From Podarcis bocagei (lineage: Eukaryota): a DNA stretch of 64,000 nt. Shown piece after piece: positions 1-10,617 of the stretch. Position 1 is the stretch's first letter. Every line of letters begins with the position of its first letter. The position numbers and the translations under genes were made by a program. Location: NCBI GenBank assembly GCA_964188305.1, contig OZ076886.1. One strand, written 5' to 3'. The notes below the pieces were generated by a model. It was not told where the DNA came from, made no database searches, and saw only the letters and a program-made list of their open reading frames with translations.

Positions 1-1583
1 GCTTGCAACTAGGTTAAGAGCCTCTTGGAATAAAGACAACGTGATGTTTACAGCCGAGTCATAAACCCCCCGATGGTTTGGAGTGACTCGTAATACAGGG
101 TCTTGCTGGTAGGTGTGCAATTTGCTAAGTTTATGTACCGGCAAAGTAAAGAAACAAATTGCCTGGCGTATTTAGCGCTGGCAAGCCTGGAGGGTTGGAA
201 CAGTGGCAGAGAGAGCCAGCTGCCTCCCATCTCCTCGCTTCTCCATGGCGGCAAGCACAGAGGGTTTAGAAAAGTGGAAGCAGGCGGGCAAAAAGAGAGC
301 GGCAAAGAGTCGCGTTGAGAGCTGCCTGGTATTCCCATCTGTGCTCCGGGTTCCACTTAGGAGCTGGGTTAAAGCAGTGCGCAGCCTGATCCCTGTTCTC
401 AAGGCCCGAAGGCCAATCCCGCCTCTTGCAAGAGAACTCGTTCCCATATATGTGCGTTCGTCGGGTGGTTGCGTGTGCTTCCGCACTTGTTTCTACAGGA
501 GGCGTTCAGCTTGCTAGTTTTGCCTCGCCCCCCCCTTCTAGGGTAGCTCCTGTGCCTTTTTTTAAACACCTGTATGGTAAGTAAAAAAATGTGGCATTCC
601 TACTGCCGCCACCGGTTCCTCCCATTGCCCCTCTTGGCTCCAGATTTGGGGAGCAGATTTGGCCCCTTGGTCTCCCCTTCGTGACAACTAAGGGAGACTT
701 GTGCTATGGTGAGCAGGGCTTTGTGTGGCAGTGCAGGCACCACCCTGTGGCCACAGCTCTCTGCAATGCAGGTGGGTGGCACTGCAATCCATTGGTCTGG
801 TTTATACATCAGTGTGAATACCCATGTGAAACGACCATATTTTCTCTCGACATTTGCTAGGTTTTTCTCGTTGAAGCCTTTGGCCGTGTCCTATCATTAC
901 TAGCCATGTGGATGAGGACTAAAAGACTCCTCTAAGTATATTTAACGGCATTTGCTCACATTCCTCTCCTCTCCCCCTTTCTAACTAATACTGTCAAAAT
1001 TTAGATTGCTGCTTCATGGGGGCAGGGACCTGCCTCCTTTTTTTCTTCTTAAATCAGCGCCGTAAGGGTTCCATGTACAATGATAGTGCTGTATAAATGA
1101 TTAAAAATGTATGCAAGCTTCCAAGCGCGTCGTGTTTTTAATTAAACGTTAAATTTGCATATACCTGACATCCTACATCGCATTTAAATGACTTGCATTA
1201 TAGTAATATACTAGTCCGGGTAAATCTTACTTTGCGTCATCAGATTGCAGGTGTTATTCAGCTCAGTTTTACTCATGGTAGACCCACTGAAATTAATGAG
1301 CACGACTAGGTTAGGTCTGTTAATGTCAGTAGGTCCACTCTGACTAAAGTTTGTTTGAACACCGCTCAATATCAGTATTTACAAGTACTGTGGATCAACA
1401 AACATGAAAAAAAGGAAATTCTGCCTTAGTAGCATCATAAAAATGCACGCTATACTTCTGCTTCATTTAGAGCATAATTGGAGATGTTATTTTGATAGGC
1501 ATGAGGGCTAGAAACTTAAAAGCCAGCTGAGTTGAGGCATAGCTTCCAGCAAGCTCCAACACCAACTTGGGATCCTAAGCATA

Positions 1584-1815
1584 CGGTGGTACCTCAGGTT
1601 AAGAACTTAATTCGTTCTGGAGGTTCGTTCTTAACCTGAAACTGTTCTTAACCTAAAACTGTTCTTAACCTGAGGTACCACTTTAGCTAATGGGGCCTCC
1701 CGCTGCTGCTGCATGATTTCAGTTCTCATCCTGAGGTAAAGTTCTTAACCCAAAATACTATTTCTGGGTTAGCAGAGCCTGTAACCTGAAGCATCTGTAA
1801 CGTGAGGTACCACTG
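1584..1815 (+). mobile_element. Tc1/mariner(pogo/Tigger)-type MITE, family A
   Basis: TIR C(G/A)GTGGTACCTC ... GAGGTACCACTG flanked by TA; similar copies elsewhere in the window. Confidence 0.88.
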
Positions 1816-2024
1816 TACAAATCTGCCACAAGGTTCCATGTTTTGAGCACGAAGCTCTTTGTGAGAAGAGAAACCCTTGAGATAAGCAAGGCCAAAAAAG
1901 TACACTGAGTCTGGTTCATAGCAGGATTGAGAACCAATAGGCTCTTAACCACAGATGTCAAGGGAGAAGGATTGTTCCTCTGTTGTGTGGGAGGTTAAAA
2001 TTCTGTTGAATACATTTATATTTA

Positions 2025-2250
2025 CAGTGGTACCTCAGGTTACATACGCTTCAGGTTACAGACTCCGCTAACCCAGAAATAGTGCTTCAGGTTAAGAACT
2101 TTGCTTCAGGATGAGAAAAGAAATCGGGCTCTGGCGGCGTGGCAGCAGCGGGAGGCCCCATTAGCTAAAGTGGTGCTTCAGGTTAAGAACAGTTTCAGGT
2201 TAAGTACGGACCTCCGGAATGAATTAAGTGCTTTACCTGAGGTACCACTG
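2025..2250 (-). mobile_element. Tc1/mariner-type MITE, family A (inverted relative to 1584-1815)
   Basis: TA-CAGTGGTACCTCAGGT ... ACCTGAGGTACCACTG-TA; internal sequence is the reverse complement of the other copies. Confidence 0.9.
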
Positions 2251-5200
2251 TATTTTCCTTTCCACCACAGCACATCCTTTGCATGCCGAAGGTTCCAGTT
2301 CCAGTCTCTGGCATCTGAACAAAGAGCAGGGAACATTGGATAGTGGAGACCTCAGCCTGAGACCCTCAAGGACCACTGCCAGTCAGGGCAGACTGTGACT
2401 TGACTTGGATACTTGAGATTCCTGCATTGCAGGGGGGTTGGACTAGTGACCTTGGGTCCCCTTCCAACACTTTATCATTTTGTGAAATAACAGCAGAGGG
2501 CTACAGCATTGGGGTCCTACTTGGGACTCCCCAGTGGCATTGTGTTTGCTGCTGCTGGATACAGGATGGTGGAGAAGATGAGTTTTAGTCTGATTTGGTG
2601 GGACCTGGGGAACCTGGTGTCAGGAGCTCGTCCTACACGCAAGTAGGACTGTTGCAGAGACACATGCTGCCCAACTGGCATGTTCTGTCTCTCCTGGTCG
2701 ATCGTTCAGGAGCTTCATTAGCTTTCTTCAGCCCAAACATCATAGCAACCGATGCCAACAGACATTGGCACACTTAGGGATCTGCAGAGTCTTTGCAGCT
2801 TGGGTGACAGACCTCAGCATTTTGGCTAATCTACTTTATTTACATATAAACACACACGGAGCACTGCAACATGGCTCCCTCTCTCTCTAGCATTGGACAG
2901 CAAAGAGAAAAAACAAAGGACAATAGTCCCACTTCATGGAACACAGTAACACAAACATCCTGTCTCCATCACCCATCAAAACATACACCGTCATGTGATA
3001 GACAAAAACCCCATGACTGCAATCATGGAGCAGGAATTCTAACACCTGGGTGGTGGGCCCCAGTCCCCTTCAGACCCACCCAGTAGTCTGGGATGAGGGC
3101 AGTTGTAGTCCAGAAACATTTCATAGGCCTCAGGTGTTCCCACACACCCCATCCCAGACTTTGGCAATAGCGGACTAGACGGACAAATACTTTGTGAGGC
3201 AGTTTCTGGGTTCATATGACCAGGCGGTGAAGACTGCTGTCTATCACCTCCCCGCCCCCCAATATGAATTTAAGTTGTTGATGGAAGACCCAACATGCCT
3301 GATGACAGTGAGCAAGGGTATTTTTCACAGTGGTCAGCCCAGTGCTCTCAAAATAACCTAATTGTCCAGCATGTACAATGCCTTTTCGGCCACCAGGTGC
3401 CGCTGTCTGTCCCCTGCTTTGCCACAGACATGGGGAGCAGCTGTGCCAGTTTCCTGTTCTCCACATCCTGGTGGAGGAGGGAGGCTGGACTGTTGCATTA
3501 TGGGGCCTGATATAGAAACAGGGTTGTGGCGGCTGCTTCTCATTTTTTTCTTTTTAAAGTGGGGGATGGGACTTCCAAAATCTCAGCCTACCGGAAGGCA
3601 GCCTCATGTCCCATTGCGCCAATGTTAAGTGTTACTACATCCTGCAAACGCAGACAGGGAATACCGAGATGGGAAGGGAGTTTTGGAGGGCCTAAGAACT
3701 AAAAATACAAGACTCTGGATTTGTGGGTCTTGAGTTTAGACGTAACGCAGCCAGGACTTGCCGCTGGGTGACAAAGCAGATATTTAGTAGGTAGGTAAAT
3801 TTTACACACACACACACACAACATGCAGATGGTAAAAATCATTTGCTGGTTTTGTGAGAGTCACGTAGCTCTGAAAAACAGCAGCCCTGCTAGAAATCAA
3901 AAAAGGTGGATTGCTCTATCGTGGATGCAATATGGAACACCATATATGTGCATCTACACACCCTACTGGCAAACTGGAGTTCTCCACATTGCAACATATC
4001 CCTGCAGTTCCCACTTTTTTCTCCCTGTCCTTGATTGTTACAGGATCTCCTTTCCTTAGTGGCAGCAACTGCAGAGGGAAGGTTGAGGCCCTCTCTCAGT
4101 GCCCACCGAACCCAGAGCTACCGGATAGCTACGCCACCTCTGTCCCAGCACAATCTACAGCAAAAGGGAATCGGCCTTGGCTAGAGCCACATGGCATTGC
4201 CAAACAGATCTTCTCTCCTCCCCTGCCACCAGCGCTTTCTCCGTACGTGCCTTTTAATTTGCGAGCCTCTACCATTTCTGTTTGGCACCCATCGCTGGCG
4301 CTGTGTACTGAGTTTTAATTGCTCTGACCCATTTCGGGGAAGCAGTCCTGGTCTGAAAAGAGGGACGAAAATACAACTATGCAGCCAGGGGCACGCTCGT
4401 TAATTTCGCCAGGCTTAGGTGAACGCAGCTCGGCTGTGCGGCTTCCTGCTCTGCAGCAGACAGCTCTGTGTTTAGCTGGCTCCCATAGTGGGGGAAGGTG
4501 GGAGGGGTGGCAAACTAATCTACGCAGACACAGGAGAGACGGTGGCTGAGAAAAGACTTCCTGGAACTGCATCCTGCAAATGTATCTAAGACACTTCATA
4601 TGACCAGAGCCACACTTGGCTTCTCTTCAAATGCAAGCAGACTAGCAGCCCATCTAGATCAAGAATAGATAACAGAGTATGACCCACATAAGGTACAGAG
4701 AGTCTAGGGTACCAGACCAGGACTCCTCACAGACAGAGATGGGTGCTGCTTATATTAACACACCTGTGGCCTTGCAGATGTTGTAGGCAGGATTCTCATC
4801 AGCCTCACCCAGGTCATAGACAAGGTGCGCTGTTGTCCCACAGCACCTGAAAGTCCACAGATTCTCCATCTCTGCCCATGTGGAGTCCTGGTCCTGTACC
4901 CCAGCCTCAAAACCTTGTACCTCTATATCACTCTAACTGATGTTGTTTTTAGTGGCTGGCAAGTCCTCCAGAGCTGCCAAAGCTATCTTGACTTTCCAGA
5001 GGCGTAGCCCTTTTAGCCTATTGCGGCGAAAACAATGGAGACTTGTGTGGCACCTTAATGATTAACACATTTACTGCAGCATATGTTTTAATGCACTGCA
5101 AAATTTGATACTGGGCTTCCTCTGAATTCTGCGATAACATATTGTCAACAGGCAAAAGGGCCTATTCGGGATGGAGCACTTGAAATGAGCACCTAAGGCC

Positions 5201-6287
5201 ATTGCACCCAAGGGAGCTCCTCCGACCATCACTTTTTACTCCATTGTTGGTACAGAACTGGTCTCGATCTCTCCCCAGACGCGTTCCCTCCCTTCTTTAA
5301 AAAGTGCTGCTCCTCATTTTTAACACGAAGCTTTGTGAGAAAGGGCGGACGGGCGTTAGAAAAGGATGTACGCCCAAATTCAGGCTGCGCAAGGAGAGCG
5401 GCAGATGAAATTACTATGTGCACAGCACCGCCGATGTTTATAGAGAAGAAAACCGGCCCTTCCCTCAGAGGATTTCCTACTCTCAGGGAAGGCAACCTGT
5501 GCAAAGAGGGGGGGGGATTTTTTTGGGCATGTGTGTGGACAGGGTAAGCTACAAATTATTAGGGCCGCCAAATCTTGTGCACGCTTACTTGGGAACAAAT
5601 CCCGGCTAATTCGGCAGGGCCCCGAGTAAATACGTGCATTATAGGCTTCGGCTACAAGATCGGGGGGGACGGGACGTGAGGCGATGCAGAGCAGGCAAAG
5701 ACAGTCGATCCTGGCGTGGGGAGGGCAGCAGGCGGACGGTAGAAAGACGAGAGGACCGCCGCCGCCGCCACAATAGGGCTTATTGGCAAAGCCCGCATTA
5801 CATCCTGCAGCAGTGCGAGCCGTAACCTGCCCTAAGTAACGAGAGCGCTTCCAGCCTAGCACACACCCCCTTTCCTGGCGCGAATCTCCCCTGCAGTCAC
5901 CCCCGCCCGCCTGCAGCCCAGCCACCCAGGAGGAGGGTGCATGCGCCGTGTTGCAGCCAGCTCTTCCTCCCAGACCGGTTCTTCGGCGCGCATGCACAGA
6001 AGCGTCCTCCGGAGCCAGAGCTGAGCCCGGCCCCTCCCCCCCAACCCCGCTCCCATGCCACGTGTCCCCAAGCAGCACTTAACCCCACGTGGGACTGGCT
6101 AAAGACGAGCCAATCGGAAGATTGCCTCGCCCTTGAGCACGTAGAGCAGCAGACCCACGTGCGCAGAGGCGCGGGCAGCAGCCGAACTGGCCCGAACAGC
6201 TTCTCTCTCTCTCTCTCCTCCCTATTATAGAACCCATCCACCCACCGCACCCGCACTGCTCTGAGCCGGGGAAAGCTGCCGCGCTTG

Positions 6288-6295
6288 CTTTTATA
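6288..6295 (-). promoter_or_regulatory. TATA box (TATAAAAG) of a putative divergent transcript
   Basis: Plus-strand CTTTTATAGCC reads GGCTATAAAAG on the minus strand. An Inr-like CTCAGAG lies ~33 nt downstream (A at 6262). Confidence 0.55.
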
Positions 6296-6559
6296 GCCTT
6301 TGCCGAGGCTGACGCGAAGCTGAGTGGCGTTTCCAACAACCAATAGAGCAGCGGCTGGGGCCGCTGGGGCTTACAGGGGGACGGGATGGGGGCGACCGCC
6401 AGCCCTAAGAGAAGGGGCCCAATAGGAGTCGGGAGAGGCGGGGGCGGGAGGAAGAGCGGAGGGGGTGGAGATCGCGCGGAAAAGCCGGCCAATGAGTGGG
6501 GCCGGGGGGCGTGGCTGGGGCGCCCCTGGCGCCAGCGCTGGGAATCCCCGTGCGCTCAG

Positions 6560-6738
6560 TGCCGTTTCCGCCCGGCCTGCTGAGGAGGAGCTGTTGGCTG
6601 TTCGCTGGTGCCGCGGAGGGGGAGGGGCCGCGGCCGCTGCTCTGTGGAGCTTGAGCTCTCGGTCCCGCCTGCCGCCTAGGAAACACCGTGGCGCCCAGCA
6701 GGGCCTAGTGCCGGGGGCCCGGGCAACGGGCCGGACAG
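6560..6738 (+). other. SETD5: Probable non-coding exon 1 of SETD5 (5' end approximate)
   Basis: Lies just downstream of the conserved promoter core and ends at donor CAG|GTCAGC (GT 6739). Contains AGGAAACACCGTGGCGCC, similar to mammalian Setd5 exon 1 as recalled. Confidence 0.6.
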
Positions 6739-9700
6739 GTCAGCCAAGGCAAATGAAGAGCAGGAAAAAGGGGGCGTGTGGGGTGAAGAGGGGACACCCG
6801 TTCAAAAGGCGGGAGGCGGGTGGGAAAGAGACCCATGGAGGGGGAGGGGCGGGAAACTTATGGTGGTGGTGAGGGGTTGTTTCTCGGTGGTCCTTCCTCT
6901 GCTCCAGCCCCTTCTCTCACCGCCTCCTTTCAAGCTCCCGCATCTTTCCAGCTGCCCCGGAACTCTCTCCATGCATTCTCTGCCCTGCTGTGGGGGGTTT
7001 AGGGGTGTGGGGGGCGGGGAGGGCGAGGGAGAGAGAAAAGCACCTCAGCCTGGCTCTTCCAGGGGAAGTGGAGCCTCTCCCGCATGTCGGAGGGGAAAGA
7101 AAGAGGTCACACTCCCTGGCCTGCGTTGGACACCCCGGTTTCCCTGCACCTTTGGAGGCATCTGGATGTGAAGAGAGGGGTGCGTGTGAATGTATATACA
7201 TATACATATACGTGTGTGCATATATATCTATATACATACATTCACACGCACTCCTCTCTTTACATCCAGATACCCCCAAAAGTGCATAGGTGTGTGTATA
7301 TATTTCTATATACCTCCCTTTTTTGTGTGTCTGTGTGTGTGTGTGTGTGTGTGTGTATGTGAGAGATTGGGGGTGCGTCCATGAGTGGGAATCCCCGCCG
7401 AGGGCTTCCCGCAGGGAGGGAAGGTGGTGGGACTGTTTTCCATTTCGCTCCCACCCATCCCCCACCTTCCTCGCCGTGGGGGGTGCGGGTGAGCTTGCCT
7501 GGTGCCAGGCGCTGGCGGAGAGCGGGGGCGTCATGGCGAACCTGCGTGTCTGGTCCTGGAGGGGGTGGGAGGGAGAGTGGCCTGTGTGTTGTGAGAGGGA
7601 GAGAATGGGTGGTGGGGGAGGGGTGGTAGTCTGAAGGAACCTCTGAATTCATTCCTGTTTCGGGTTCCCAGGCAGGATTCTCTCGGTGCAGTGTGTATGT
7701 GTGCGTGTGTGGAGCAGGGTCGTGCTGGAGGTGGGGAAGTAGCCGGTCCAATCTTCTGTGGAAAGCCTACTGTGAGAATGTGGGAAAATCCCTTTCTGGG
7801 ACGATGGCTTCCACTTCAAAGCAGCTGTTTGCCAGGAAAGGGTGTGTGTATGTGTGTGTGCGTGCGACCGCCCGTCTGTGCTCCTCTGTGAGTTCACCAT
7901 TGCCTCCCCTCTGCTTCCACCCCTCCTCCTCCATGTGCTGAAGCAGCTTCCCCTGAGCTGCTGCTGCTGCTCCTTCCCTTCCCGCCCCCTCCCTTTCCTC
8001 GGCTGTCTGCTTCTGACTTGCTGGCTCCTTCAGGCAACGGGGGAGGAGGTGTTTGACCTGCATTTTCTGCTTTCTCATGGTGCTTGTGTGGCGATGGTGG
8101 TGCACTTTAATAATCCTCTTCTCCTTTTCCCTTGCCTGCTGCTGGAGGCTGCAGTATGGACCCCCTCCCCCAACTTTTTCATTGTCTGACGTGTGTGCTC
8201 TATCAGGGTACTTTTTTCGGTTTTCTTGCATTGATCTCTGCGTCTTAAGTGGTAACACAGCCCCTTGTAAACACAATAATAGTGCTGTGGGCAAGGTCGT
8301 CATAGTCTACCCCCACTCTTCCCTTTAGCAGCTTGTCCTTGGGGTGCCAGTGGCCAGCTACTTGAAACAGAGCTGCCTTGAACTGAGACAAAAATCCTTT
8401 TTACAGTTTTGGGGAATGGTTTGTTTAGCAATCTGGGAAGTGGTTGGTGAGGTTAGAGAATGTCAGGAGCTTCTTCCTTGCAAAGTACCTAGCTGAGAGA
8501 GGTTTTGGTCTCTGCAGTTAACCAGTGGGGTCTCCTGTACTGTACTTCAGGCAGCAGCCCCTATGCTCAGGGAGATTTTTGCAGAATGGAACAAAATATG
8601 CTATTGGGATTCCTTTTGCTGAGGTTGGTGTTACTTTAAGGAGATAATGGCCCTTGCAGTGTGGCCTCCTGCAGTTTCTCTCCCTGGCCCATTATGTAAT
8701 TGGAGTATTTAAGGCTCACTCAGGCAGAGGCTGTGGGCAGCACAATGAATTGGTTTTGTATTGTAGGGGGATGGGGCCATGGCCTCAAAACCCATGATTT
8801 TTGGCAGTGAAGACATAGGCCTGATTGCAAAAATGTTTTCCAAATGAGCTGTCAACACTTGAGGATATGGGTTACAGACTAGACAAAGACGTACTACTTC
8901 CTTAATGGCGTTCAGGACTCTCCCTTTTCACCTATGAAGGTGACATCAGGCAGTCTGCCCCATCCCCCCCTCCAGCTGGCCCAGGAAGTCGGTTTTGCTA
9001 GCTATGTCTTGCAGCGCAGAGGTGACCGAGGTTGTTGCTTTGCTTTGGATCCTGTGGGTGAACGTTCAGAGCGTTGACAAGCAGCTAATGTTGGCTCTGG
9101 AGCTCTGGTTGCTACGTGAGAAGCTTCAGTAGTGTTGGCTGCTGTCTCCAGGGAAGGACAGCAGCACAACCTCCATTAGTGCTGCACTTAGGAGATGGCT
9201 GGTTCATGCACTGAGATGGGACTCTTCTTTCTGGGGCATGCAAGCTTTCAACTAGGATGATGCAAATTGAGTTTTCACCCATCTCTGTCACAGTCTTTGG
9301 GACTGCTTTTAGGATTTGGCCTGAATATCCAGGGATGTCTGTCTCCTTTATAGCCTTTGCAATTGCAAGAACTGATCTGATCTTTCTGAAGTGGGAGATG
9401 CAGCACTGTGATTACAGTTTGTCTGACTTTAGCTTCCCTTCCAGTAAATCAGAGAGCCAGATGCTTTGCTTATTGTTTGTAGGTCTCTTTCCTCCCCTTA
9501 CATTGCCTGGGCCCCATTTGCCTTATTGACAGGAATTTCTGCTTTGTGCAATGGGTGTGTATAGCAGACACTAGCCTCCTAGCGCTGAGAGGATTTTCCA
9601 TTCAGAGAGTGCAGTCAAAATATGACACATTTTGCAAGTGGCAGCAGAGCCCATTTGAAAGAATGGCCCCTTCCAGCTAGGTACCTGGGCAAAGCATACA

Positions 9701-10518
9701 TGGAACTGCTTGAGGCAGGTTTACAACAAGTACACTGTTCCCCGTATAATACAACAGTGGTCTATTTCTGGTGCTTATAAATATCTGCTCCTGCTCAAGT
9801 ATTGTGGTGCTTTAATATACTTGTTTCTTGAAGTCTTACAGTCACCATAGTCTAATCCCATGGTTAAACACTGTGATGCAGGCTTTCTTAAGGAGACACT
9901 GGCAGTTGTAAGGGGAAGACAGAGCTCCTCCTTGACATTGTCTTGTGTGCTGGATCTGTCAGGGAGCAGAGTGTTGAGGTGCCCTCCTCTGGTTGGTAAG
10001 ACATGGGCAGTTGCCTAATATCCATAACTGACAATATGGAGGAGGAGGGGAGTTTTCCTTGCAAGTGCTGTTATATGTTTACACATTATGTGTGCCCCTC
10101 AACCATGATTTGATCCATTTGTCTAGGACTTAAGTGATTATGCTTGCTAAATCTCTGATTTGGTTGGTTTTGGTGGAGGCTGTTAAGATTGTGGTTTTGA
10201 GAACCCCTGGAATAGATGTTCAACACCATTGAAAATGTGAATCTGGCATGATTTGCCTACATTAAAGGGTGGCATTTGTGATGATTTATACTGAAAACGA
10301 TGACACTTTAAAATTGTATCCTGGTTTCATAATATGACATTAATGCAAAAACAAGCTGCAGGGTTTTTCATATTAAAAAGTGTTTTTTTTTAAACCTGCA
10401 GAGCTGCTTTAACACATAAGTCTAGGCTGCAACTCCTTTTGGCAGATTTCTCTCATGAAGAAATATATTTGTATTGCTGTGCTAGGCAGTGTTATCCTAC
10501 AGTGACTGAGTACAAATG

Positions 10519-10617
10519 ATTCTCATATTGAAAATGATCCCAAACAGTATGGTATATTTGAAATATTTCAAATTTCAAATATACCATACTGTTCAGGATC
10601 ATTTTCAATATGAGAAT
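10519..10617. repeat. 46-bp inverted repeat with 7-nt spacer
   Basis: 10519-10564 vs 10572-10617, 44/46 complementary. Confidence 0.93.

Larger units (their letters stand above)
5250..7600. promoter_or_regulatory. CpG island / SETD5 promoter, probably bidirectional (Rosa26-orthologous)
   Basis: GC- and CpG-rich block. CCAAT boxes at 6110, 6340, 6419, 6489; CACGTG E-boxes at 6059, 6086, 6156; NRF1-like GCATGCGC motifs at 5937-5946 and 5988-5997; GC boxes; ETS-like TTCCG at 6566-6570. Confidence 0.88.

Noticed and set aside
1-5200. Possible THUMPD3 exons or another gene upstream of SETD5 (ORFs 48-517, 3911-4318)
   Set aside because: No translation resembles THUMPD3 or any family I recognise, and there is no coherent exon chain. 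The neighbour gene probably lies outside the window.
5380-8330. Many long overlapping ORFs (up to 232 aa) on both strands
   Set aside because: Expected from stop-codon scarcity in a GC-rich island and from (TG)n/(TA)n runs; low-complexity products with no domain.
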